In this document: positions 21,399-29,872 of the stretch, in pieces
Numbering within the stretch: position 1 is the stretch's first letter
Layout of the letters: each line of letters opens with the position of its first letter
Source of the DNA: a virus
Taxonomy: Duplodnaviria; Caudoviricetes
Reading direction: 5' to 3' (one strand)
IMG/VR virus record: IMGVR_UViG_3300045580_000138
Location: 1 to 47,496 of that record
DNA length: 47,496 nt
Notes under the pieces: generated by a model
Told to the model about the DNA's origin: nothing
The model's database searches: none
Seen by the model: only the letters and a program-made list of their open reading frames with translations
Program-made: the position numbers and the translations under genes

Positions 21399-21581
21399 GT
21401 GCAGATGACAGCGCATAAGGCGGTTGCCGCCTTCCTTACCAGCTTTCTCGCCCTTGTGGGCATGTTTGGCGTGTCTACGGATTGGGCTTCTCCCACCCTT
21501 GTAGAAGGCGTTTCTGTGGTCCTTGGCGCGGTTCTCACATCCGCTGTGACCTATTTCGTGCCCAACAAGCCTAAGGCATGA
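21399..21581 (+). CDS. Putative holin (2 TM)
   Basis: AGGAG SD; two hydrophobic helices; YFVPNK end. Confidence 0.6.
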   Translation: MQMTAHKAVAAFLTSFLALVGMFGVSTDWASPTLVEGVSVVLGAVLTSAVTYFVPNKPKA

Positions 21582-21820
21582 ACTGGCTAGAAATAGCCGC
21601 GATTGGAATGGTTTTACTGGGCGTTGGCGCGGCGGGTTTTCTCGTTGCCCAACGTCCTAGTTTTTGGTGGGGCATCGCCACTGTGGCGGTTCAGGCTGGT
21701 ATAAAAGCCGCGTTGCCATATTTGTTAAAAAGGCTCCCGCCTGAAAAAGAAGCGGAGATGCAACGGTGCCTGCGCTCTGGTGGCGAATGGGATTATATTA
21801 GAAAACGTTGCAAGCGATAA
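21578..21820 (+). CDS. Membrane protein of the lysis cassette (spanin-like?)
   Basis: N-terminal TM; C-terminal C..SGGEW.....C. Confidence 0.5.
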   Translation: MNWLEIAAIGMVLLGVGAAGFLVAQRPSFWWGIATVAVQAGIKAALPYLLKRLPPEKEAEMQRCLRSGGEWDYIRKRCKR

Positions 21821-21884
21821 TCAGAGGCTTCGCAAACGCGATAAGCCGTGATAAAACCCGTAAAACAAGTTAAAGAGGCGTGAA

Positions 21885-22595
21885 ATGCCGGGTTTGACAT
21901 ACGCCACATACAAGAGTTCTCTTGCTACTCTTTCAGTTGTTCCTGACACTGATCCTAATTGGCTGGCAATCCTTCCCAGCACAATTGATTATGCAGAACT
22001 CCGCATTTACAGGGACCTTGACCTCCTCTCTACGGTTTCTTCTTCAATATTCCCCGCGACTGCGCAAAAGTCAAAAGTTACGCTACCTGCTGGGACATTT
22101 GTTACAATTCAGAATATTAACGTTTTAACACCTCCGGGTACGATAGACCCAGATAATGGCGTTCGTAACCCCCTGTTGCCGGTATCAAAAGAATACATCC
22201 AGTATGCTTGGCCCAGCGTCACAAACGCCAGCGTGCCCCAGTATTTCGCCATGCTGGATGAGCGTTCATTCTTTCTTGGCCCTTGGCCTGACCTAACGTA
22301 TCAGCTTGAAGTTGTTGGGACCGTCAGGCCCCCAACGCTTTCTGAAACGAACACAGTTACGTTTATCTCTCAGTATCTGCCTGATTTGTTCCTGATGGCA
22401 TCCATGATCTTCATCAGCGGCTACCAACGCAACTTTGGCCGTCAGAGCGATGACCCTCAGATGGCGCAGTCATATGAGAGCCAGTATCAGGCGCTCCTGC
22501 GCGGTGCGACTGTTGAGGAATATCGCAAAAAGTTCGCGGCCAGTGGCTGGTCTTCTATGTCTCCGTCTCCTGTTGCTACACCGGGCAGGGGATAA
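21885..22595 (+). CDS. Tail tubular protein A / adaptor-like protein
   Basis: TY..Y, I..AELRIYRDL, P.YFA, LGP.PD..Y, PDL.L.A. Confidence 0.65.
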   Translation: MPGLTYATYKSSLATLSVVPDTDPNWLAILPSTIDYAELRIYRDLDLLSTVSSSIFPATAQKSKVTLPAGTFVTIQNINVLTPPGTIDPDNGVRNPLLPVSKEYIQYAWPSVTNASVPQYFAMLDERSFFLGPWPDLTYQLEVVGTVRPPTLSETNTVTFISQYLPDLFLMASMIFISGYQRNFGRQSDDPQMAQSYESQYQALLRGATVEEYRKKFAASGWSSMSPSPVATPGRG

Positions 22596-22598
22596 AGT

Positions 22599-25019
22599 AT
22601 GCCTCACGCAACACTTCGTCTGGTTCCGGGCGTCGATACCAATAAGACGCCAACGCTGAATGAAGCTGCGGTTTCATACACTGATCTTGTGCGGTTTATC
22701 CCAGACCGTACAGGCATTGGCCTAATCCAGAAAATAGGCGGCTGGACTGGTTTTATTTCCGGTTCGTTTTCTGCGCCTATCCGGGCACTGAAGGCGTGGA
22801 GTGATCTGGAATACACTAATTATCTGGCTATTGGTGGCGAAGGGACTGTTGGCGTTCAGGTCTACAATCAAGAGACTGGCAGTATTTCAGATATTACGCC
22901 TAATATTCTGACGCAGAATGTTGCTACCGGAACATATGGTTTTACAACAACTCCGGGTTCCAATTCTGTTAGTTTTTACATGCCTATCGTTCCTAGCTCT
23001 TCATCTTATATTTTCTTTCCAACCATTATTAACGTAGGCAATGTTAACCTTCTTGGCCCCTACGACATTCTTTCTACTGGCGCTAATTTCGTAACGTTTG
23101 AGGTTCCGGGCCTCAGCAACCCAATTTCCAAAATATCAGCAATCACTGCGGGTCTTAACAGAACAGTCACTATTAATTTTTCGCAAGGCCACACGTTTTA
23201 CGCGGGTCAGTCTATTTATGTAGATGGCGTAAACGATAGTTCCTTTGACGGGACATTTACGATTTCCTCAGTTACGCCAACAACTGTCGTTTACACGCAA
23301 ACCGGCACTTCAACTGCGGCTACAAGCTATGGCGGTAATGTTGTCCCCGCTGTGACGCTTGGTGGCCTGCCGCCGCAATTTACGACTGTTTCCGGCCAAT
23401 CCGTCATTACGGTTACGCTGAAAAATCACGGGTTTGTCGTTGGTGATACATTTAATGCGCCAATAGCCACAACCGTTGGCGGCGTCACTATTTCTGGTCT
23501 TTACACGGTCACACGTACTCTTGGTGCGGACCAGTTTGAAATTAACAATAACATCAACGCAACATCATCAGCCAGCGCGTATGAAAATGGCGGGTTGCTA
23601 CGTGCTGAGACATTTATCAGCCTTGTCACTGCTTCTCAGGGCGACAACTACCTTTATGGCGGTGGCGGTGTTGGCGTATATGGCGGCGGTATTTACAGCA
23701 GCGGCCAGAATGTCCCCCCAACCCCCAGCATTGGCACCCCGGTTGAGGGGATAGATTGGAGCCTTGATAACTGGGGTTCTATCCTTGTCGCCTGCCCCAA
23801 GGATGGCGCGTTGTATTACTGGCAGCCTGTTGGCGGCGGGGTACAGAACCTTGGCTATATGCCCAATGCGCCCATTTACAATACTGGCGCATTTATCGCC
23901 ATGCCCCAGCGGCAGGTCATCGCCTATGGCTCTTCATTTGGCTCCATCCAAGACCCTCTTTTGGTCCGCTGGTGCGATTTGGAGGACTTTACGACATGGG
24001 AAGGCACAGCCACCAATCAGGCTGGCAGTTACCGCATCCCAACCGGATCACGCATCGTAGGCGGCTTGCAGGGGCCGCAGCAGGGCCTGCTTTGGACTGA
24101 CCTTGACCTGTGGTCTATGCAGTACATTGGCCAGCCGTTCATCTACGGCTTTAACAAGATTGGCGCGAACGCCGGATTGATTGCCCAAAAGGCTGCTGGC
24201 CAGATGGGCGGCGTTGTTTACTGGATGAGCCAGAAGCAATTCTTCAGATTTGGCGGCAATGGCGTGGAGGTTATCCCATGCCCTGTGTGGGATCAGGTCT
24301 TCCAAAACCTGTTCCCCGGCGTGGACGCCAATGGCAACCCTTATACAGATCGCATTAGGTGTGCGCCTAATAGCCAGTACAACGAGATTACGTGGTATTT
24401 CCCGGCGCACTATACGAATGACATTGACCCGGCAACCGGGCTATCTCTTGATACCCAGCAGATTGGGACAGGGGAGGTTAACGCCTATGTCAAATACAAC
24501 GTTGCGCTTAACCAATGGGATTATGGGTATCAGCATCCTGATAGCCCTAATGTTCTTGTTGGCCGCACAGCTTGGATAGATCAGTCTGTTTTTGGCCCTC
24601 CCATTGGTGCCGCTGCAAACACCAGCGTTGTAGGCCAAACTGGCGGGTTCTTCATCTACCAGCACGAAACATCCAATGACGCCGCTGGCCAGCCTATGGA
24701 GTCTGGTTTCACGACTGGCTACGCGGCCCTGTCAGAAGGCGACAATATGATCTTCATTGATCAGGTTTGGCCTGACATGAAGTGGGGTTTTGTAGACGAA
24801 AACAAAACGGCGCAAGTTAAGATTACGTTCTTCGTTACAAATTACCCCGGAGACACGCCTATCCAGTATGGGCCTTACACTGTTACCCAGAACACCCAGT
24901 ATCTCAGCGTTCGTATGCGCGGAAGGCTTGTTGCCATTGGCGTATCCAGCACTGACAGTGGAAGCTTCTGGAGAATTGGTGCAATGCGATACCGCTTCCA
25001 GCCTGACGGAAAATATTGA
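22599..25019 (+). CDS. Tail tubular protein B / stabilisation (nozzle) protein with an inserted beta-rich region
   Basis: L.PGVD, VRF, QKIGGW, WSLDNWG, DPLLVRWCD.ED...W, NQAG..R, LLWTD, VYWM, EITWYFP, WR.G..R...QPDG. Confidence 0.75.
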   Translation: MPHATLRLVPGVDTNKTPTLNEAAVSYTDLVRFIPDRTGIGLIQKIGGWTGFISGSFSAPIRALKAWSDLEYTNYLAIGGEGTVGVQVYNQETGSISDITPNILTQNVATGTYGFTTTPGSNSVSFYMPIVPSSSSYIFFPTIINVGNVNLLGPYDILSTGANFVTFEVPGLSNPISKISAITAGLNRTVTINFSQGHTFYAGQSIYVDGVNDSSFDGTFTISSVTPTTVVYTQTGTSTAATSYGGNVVPAVTLGGLPPQFTTVSGQSVITVTLKNHGFVVGDTFNAPIATTVGGVTISGLYTVTRTLGADQFEINNNINATSSASAYENGGLLRAETFISLVTASQGDNYLYGGGGVGVYGGGIYSSGQNVPPTPSIGTPVEGIDWSLDNWGSILVACPKDGALYYWQPVGGGVQNLGYMPNAPIYNTGAFIAMPQRQVIAYGSSFGSIQDPLLVRWCDLEDFTTWEGTATNQAGSYRIPTGSRIVGGLQGPQQGLLWTDLDLWSMQYIGQPFIYGFNKIGANAGLIAQKAAGQMGGVVYWMSQKQFFRFGGNGVEVIPCPVWDQVFQNLFPGVDANGNPYTDRIRCAPNSQYNEITWYFPAHYTNDIDPATGLSLDTQQIGTGEVNAYVKYNVALNQWDYGYQHPDSPNVLVGRTAWIDQSVFGPPIGAAANTSVVGQTGGFFIYQHETSNDAAGQPMESGFTTGYAALSEGDNMIFIDQVWPDMKWGFVDENKTAQVKITFFVTNYPGDTPIQYGPYTVTQNTQYLSVRMRGRLVAIGVSSTDSGSFWRIGAMRYRFQPDGKY

Positions 25020-25027
25020 GGTAAGAC

Positions 25028-25399
25028 ATGGCCAATATTGATGACGTTGTAACCGTACAAAAGAATGGCGTAATTGCTCTTAACGCGCTGACGGCTGCAT
25101 TGGAAAACTTCCGGGCAATTTACCAGAGCTTTGTGGGCACGCAGACCTTCCTTGGCGCAAATGAGGATGCTCTGGTTTATGTTGGCCCCGGCAGGCTTGT
25201 TAATGTGGTTGTGACTGCTGCCGCTGCGGGTGGAACTATCCACGATGTTGACAATGTGGCTGACGCAAATGCGGGGAATGTAATTTTCCCCATTCCATCT
25301 ACCATTGGCATCACTCAGGTTAACATTCCCTTCGTGAATGGTCTTGTGATAAAGCCAGCCGCGACATCTATGGTCAACTTGACATACTCAGAGGCGTGA
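25028..25399 (+). CDS. Hypothetical virion protein
   Basis: 123-aa ORF in the operon; GAGG SD. Confidence 0.65.
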   Translation: MANIDDVVTVQKNGVIALNALTAALENFRAIYQSFVGTQTFLGANEDALVYVGPGRLVNVVVTAAAAGGTIHDVDNVADANAGNVIFPIPSTIGITQVNIPFVNGLVIKPAATSMVNLTYSEA

Positions 25400-25400
25400 C

Positions 25401-25874
25401 ATGGGACTGAAGCCAGCCAAGGGTGACAAGTCTATTTCCAAGGCTCTTGCCCTTGCCAAGAAAACGCCTGAGCCTGTCACGCCTATTGGTGGGGCTTCAA
25501 AGCTTCATGTAGGCCCCATCAAGGCACCTGTGGCGGGCAGGACTGATCACCTGCCTATGCACGTTCCATCCGGTTCCTACGTTGTCCCTGCTGACATTGT
25601 GTCTGCCATTGGCGAGGGCAACACAGAGCATGGTTTTGAGATTATTGATTACATGGTCAAGCAGCGCGCTGCTGGCGGCGAAGTAGGCGAAAATGAAACC
25701 CCGGTGGCAATTGTGGCGGCTGGTGGCGAATACGTAGTTCCCCCGTCAGCGGTGGTTGGGTTTGGCAATGGTGACCTTGACGCAGGTCACAAGGCTTTGG
25801 ACGATTGGGTGCTGAGTGAGCGGGCCAGCACCATTAAGACGCTACAGAAATTGGCCCCGCCCAAGCGCGATTAG
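25401..25874 (+). CDS. Stand-alone duplicated G(S/E)YVVP domain protein
   Basis: GRTDHLP..VPSGSYVVPADIVS.IG.G....G and IVAAGGEYVVPPSAV...GNGD..AG; resembles the SDSIPA.LS.GEYV segment seen in tape-measure/ejection proteins. Confidence 0.65.
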   Translation: MGLKPAKGDKSISKALALAKKTPEPVTPIGGASKLHVGPIKAPVAGRTDHLPMHVPSGSYVVPADIVSAIGEGNTEHGFEIIDYMVKQRAAGGEVGENETPVAIVAAGGEYVVPPSAVVGFGNGDLDAGHKALDDWVLSERASTIKTLQKLAPPKRD

Positions 25875-25887
25875 GGAGAGTAGTCGC

Positions 25888-26379
25888 ATGACGGAAGTTA
25901 ATGTTCGCATTGCCAAGCCTGAAGACGAAGAGGGCATCATGTATCTTGCCCGTCTTGTTAACAAAGAAAACGGTGTGTTTAAGATGAACGAGGAAAAGGT
26001 GCGCGGCATGGTGCGCCCTTCCCTTCATCAGCATGGCGGCATTTGCGGCGTAATTGGAGATAAGGACCACATTGAGGGTCTGGTTCTTTTAAGGATTTCA
26101 GAGTATTGGTATTCAGACGCCATGTTTCTTGAAGAAATGTGTGTTTACGTGCATCCTGAATACCGCGCAGCCAAGGGGGGCAGGGCGCGCAAACTGGTTG
26201 AGTTCGCAAAGAAGGTGAGCGAGGAACTTGAATTGCCCCTAATGATTGGCATCCTCAGCAATTCCCGCACTGACGCTAAGACGCGGCTATACGAACGTCA
26301 ATTTGGCGCTCCTGCTGGCGCATTTTTCCTGTACGGTATTAAGACAGGAACAGTGCCAGATCAGGAAATTTTGAACTAA
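25888..26379 (+). CDS. GNAT-family acetyltransferase-like protein
   Basis: VRIA.PED, YVHPEYR...G.ARKL, LYER..G; start moved to the ATG after GGAGAG. Confidence 0.7.
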   Translation: MTEVNVRIAKPEDEEGIMYLARLVNKENGVFKMNEEKVRGMVRPSLHQHGGICGVIGDKDHIEGLVLLRISEYWYSDAMFLEEMCVYVHPEYRAAKGGRARKLVEFAKKVSEELELPLMIGILSNSRTDAKTRLYERQFGAPAGAFFLYGIKTGTVPDQEILN

Positions 26380-26391
26380 TAGGAGACTGGC

Positions 26392-29300
26392 GTGGGCAGC
26401 AAGGGCAGCACGACAACCAAGCAGAGTTTTAGCCTCCCGCCTGAGTTCCGGGCGGCGTATAAAAAGTCCATTGATATGGCTACTCAGGCTACTGCTTCGC
26501 CTTACGAGGCGTACACCGGGCAGTTGGTTGCTGGCTTCACGCCTTCTCAACAGCAGGGACTGGCTAATATTAACGCCGCTCAGGGTATGGCCCTGCCTGC
26601 CATCTCGCAAGGTATTGATCTAACGCGCAGGGCCGCGCAGGGCATCACGCCTGAACTGTATCAGCAGTTCTACTCGCCATACGTTCAGGATGTTGCATCC
26701 AACACGATGGCCAATCTTATGGAAAGCTCAGGTCAGCAGCGTTCTGGCCTCAAGAGCGGCGCTATTCAGGCTGGCGCATTTGGCGGCGACAGAAGCGGTA
26801 TTGCTCAGGCGGAAATGGCCCGTCAGCAAAATCTGGCATTGGGCCAGACCATGGGTAATATTTACAATCAGGGCTATGGACAGGCCATGCAGTTGGCTGG
26901 CCAGCAGGCCCAGAATTATGGCGCTATGGGCCAGCAGTTGGCTGGTCTGGGTGTGGGCGCTCAGGGATCAGTCCTACAGGGCGCACAGGCTCAGATGGCG
27001 GCTGGCGCGCAACAGCAAGCTACGGATCAGGCGCAGCTACAGGCGGCGTATGAACAGTGGATGCAGCGTCAGGCATATCCGTATCAGCAGGCCCAGTTCT
27101 TTGCTAACATCGCGCAGGGGCTTGGCGCTGGCGCGGGCGGTACATCCAGCACGACTACTCCGGGTCCGTCTTGGGGATCACAGGCCCTTGGCGCTATTGG
27201 CGCTATTGGGTCTATCTTCTCAGACAAGCGGATGAAGGAAAACATTGAAGCGGTTGGCACGCTGAATGACGGTCAGACCATCTATCGCTATAACTTTAAG
27301 GGTGACCCTAAGACGCAAATTGGCCTTCTGGCGCAGGAAGTTGAAACGCGCGAACCGGGGGCGGTGACAGACGTTAAGGGCCTCAAAATGGTGGACTACA
27401 AGGACGCCACAGACAAGGCCGCAAGCATGGGCGGGTTGGTGACGCCTGACATGCAGCGTCAAGCGTTTGCCACTGGCGGCAGCGGCGGTCCCTCGTTCTA
27501 TCCTTACGCCAGCAGTGGGTATGTGCCTGAGGGCAAAATCCAATCCCAATCTAATAGCATCCCCAAGGCACCGCCTCCCTTTGAAGACAAGGGCCTTGCA
27601 GAAGACTGGAAAAACACGATGCCCCTCACAGAGGAGCAGATTGGTGGCTTAAAGGCGCTTGCCAATAAGATTGGCGTTTACCTTGAGCGTCCTGAGAAGT
27701 CTGCTTTGGGCTTTTTGGGTGATTTAGAAGATGCAAAATATTCCTCCCGTTTTGAAGACGAGTATCCTGAATACTCTAAATTTGCTTCTGGCGGTGTAGT
27801 TGGTCGTAATGGCTACTTCATGGGCGGTGAGCCTACTATGGAAGACGCCATGGAAGAAGCTAAAGGGCTTTCTGCGGCTGAAGCATATGAGCCGCCTAGC
27901 CGCCTTCTGCGGCGCGAGAGCGGTGGCGATTTTGGGGCGCGCAATGAGCAGGGATATGTTGGCCGCGCCCAATTTGGGCCTGATCGCCTTGAAGATGCAA
28001 AGCGCGCTGGCGTAATCCCCGTTGAAATGGGGCCGGAAGAATTTCGTGCCAATCCGCGCGTTCAGGAAGATGCTGAAGCTTGGCATTTTAGCGATATTAA
28101 CAATTTCATTGATAAAAGTGGACTTGCTGCTTTTGAAGGGAAATCTATCAACGGCATTCCTGTAACGCGGGAAGGCATGGTCAATGTTGCCCATCTTGGC
28201 GGCAAAAATGGTCTTCAGAAATTCCTCAACAGTGGTGGGCGTTACAATCCCTCTGATGCAAATGGGACAAGTCTTTCTGATTATCTTGCTATGGGTTCTG
28301 GTCAGTCAGGCGTGGCTGGCGCACAAATCGAACCTATGGCGGATACTGAAGCGGTGATGCCTGAGGAACCTCGCTCCCGGTTTGATATTAGCAAGATTTT
28401 TGCCAGTGAAGAAAACCCCAGTCTGGTCGAAACCATCATGGGTCGCCGCCTTTCTCCTGCGGCCCGTGCGGCGGTAATGAACGCCAGCTTTGCGATGCTC
28501 GCGGGACGTTCTCCCTTTATGGGCGTGAATATTGGCGAGGCAGGCAAGGTGGGTATGCAGACCTATTACAACGCCCTTGCGCAGGAGCGTGAACTTGCCA
28601 AGCAGAAGGCTGACATTGGCCGTCAGGCTTATGAAGCTGAAACTGGACGCATGACTGCTGAAACTGCCGCCCTAAGCCAAGCGCGTCAACTTTACTTCCA
28701 AACGCTTCCTCAGATTAAGTTTTGGATTTCCAGAAACCCCGGAAAGCCTTTGCCTGAAGAATATCGCAGGCTTATTGAAGCTGCTTATCCTCCGCAGGGT
28801 CCCGCTGGTGTTGTCCGCGCTCCGGGCCTCACTCCTAATATTTCAGCCCGCCCTCCTGCTGCAAGTGGGAGTATTGGTGAGACACTTCCTGTTTCTGAGA
28901 AACCATCTGCCGCTACAACGGAGGGCGCGCTTGAGGAGATACCTGCTCCTTCCGGCACGACTGCATCTACTGGAAATCCTGAGCTTGATGATTTGTATTC
29001 TCAATTGCCTGATGAGCTTAATCCTAATTTCTGGGTTGGCATGGCTCAGAATGCCCAAACAATGGAGGATTACTTAAGCGCGTCCCGTCAAGCAATTGAT
29101 TTGACAAAACAATATCAAGACGGTGGTATTCCAATCCCATCTGGAACAGTAACATTTCCGGGGCAAGAGCAGAAAATTCGCACTGAAAAGGCAATTGGCC
29201 TAGACGTTGAAAACGTCAGCAAATTTGACAGCGGCATTTCTGAAATTCAGTCTAGCCTTTCTTCAAGGAAAATGATCTCTGAGGGTCTTAGGGAAAGTCT

Positions 29301-29871
29301 TTCTAGGGCTGAGACTGGCAAATTTGCATCTATCAAGGCTGACTTGATAAGTGCCCTGAACACATTTGGTTTGGCAACGCCAGAACAACTGGCAGAAGCG
29401 GCTGACATACAAACTGCAATGAAGTATTTTGCCCAGTCTATTCTTGATAGCGGCATGAAAGACAAAATTGGTCCTCAAATCTCTAATGCTGATCTTCAGC
29501 TTGTGGCTACTGGCACGGGCAGCGTTGAAAACATTGCCGCCGCAAACCGCAGAATTGTTGGCGCGGTTTATGGAAAGCTTATGCACGATCAGAAAAAAGC
29601 TGAAGAGTGGAATAAATTTGTTATTGAGCGCGGCGGAATTGACAAAATCAAATCTGTTGACGTTCGTGAATGGCAGCAGAATTTTGGCGAAAATTACAAA
29701 CTTTCTGAATATGTGCAGGAGGGAATTAAAAACACCCCTGTAAAGGGCGAGATTGGACCGGACACGCCTTTAGACAGCCTGAAGGTTGGTTATAAATATG
29801 TTATGCCAGATGGCACCACTAAGGTTTACACTGGTATTGAAGAAGACGGCTTCTTTACTGAGGTTGAGTAA
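26392..29871 (+). CDS. DNA ejection/pilot polyprotein with internal peptidase S74-like and lysozyme-like domains
   Basis: Q/A/G-rich N-terminus (AGAFGGDR); SDKRMKENI...IYRYN...IGLLAQEVE...VDY; RRESGG...G..GRAQFG...AHLG. Confidence 0.75.
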   Translation: MGSKGSTTTKQSFSLPPEFRAAYKKSIDMATQATASPYEAYTGQLVAGFTPSQQQGLANINAAQGMALPAISQGIDLTRRAAQGITPELYQQFYSPYVQDVASNTMANLMESSGQQRSGLKSGAIQAGAFGGDRSGIAQAEMARQQNLALGQTMGNIYNQGYGQAMQLAGQQAQNYGAMGQQLAGLGVGAQGSVLQGAQAQMAAGAQQQATDQAQLQAAYEQWMQRQAYPYQQAQFFANIAQGLGAGAGGTSSTTTPGPSWGSQALGAIGAIGSIFSDKRMKENIEAVGTLNDGQTIYRYNFKGDPKTQIGLLAQEVETREPGAVTDVKGLKMVDYKDATDKAASMGGLVTPDMQRQAFATGGSGGPSFYPYASSGYVPEGKIQSQSNSIPKAPPPFEDKGLAEDWKNTMPLTEEQIGGLKALANKIGVYLERPEKSALGFLGDLEDAKYSSRFEDEYPEYSKFASGGVVGRNGYFMGGEPTMEDAMEEAKGLSAAEAYEPPSRLLRRESGGDFGARNEQGYVGRAQFGPDRLEDAKRAGVIPVEMGPEEFRANPRVQEDAEAWHFSDINNFIDKSGLAAFEGKSINGIPVTREGMVNVAHLGGKNGLQKFLNSGGRYNPSDANGTSLSDYLAMGSGQSGVAGAQIEPMADTEAVMPEEPRSRFDISKIFASEENPSLVETIMGRRLSPAARAAVMNASFAMLAGRSPFMGVNIGEAGKVGMQTYYNALAQERELAKQKADIGRQAYEAETGRMTAETAALSQARQLYFQTLPQIKFWISRNPGKPLPEEYRRLIEAAYPPQGPAGVVRAPGLTPNISARPPAASGSIGETLPVSEKPSAATTEGALEEIPAPSGTTASTGNPELDDLYSQLPDELNPNFWVGMAQNAQTMEDYLSASRQAIDLTKQYQDGGIPIPSGTVTFPGQEQKIRTEKAIGLDVENVSKFDSGISEIQSSLSSRKMISEGLRESLSRAETGKFASIKADLISALNTFGLATPEQLAEAADIQTAMKYFAQSILDSGMKDKIGPQISNADLQLVATGTGSVENIAAANRRIVGAVYGKLMHDQKKAEEWNKFVIERGGIDKIKSVDVREWQQNFGENYKLSEYVQEGIKNTPVKGEIGPDTPLDSLKVGYKYVMPDGTTKVYTGIEEDGFFTEVE

Positions 29872-29872
29872 A

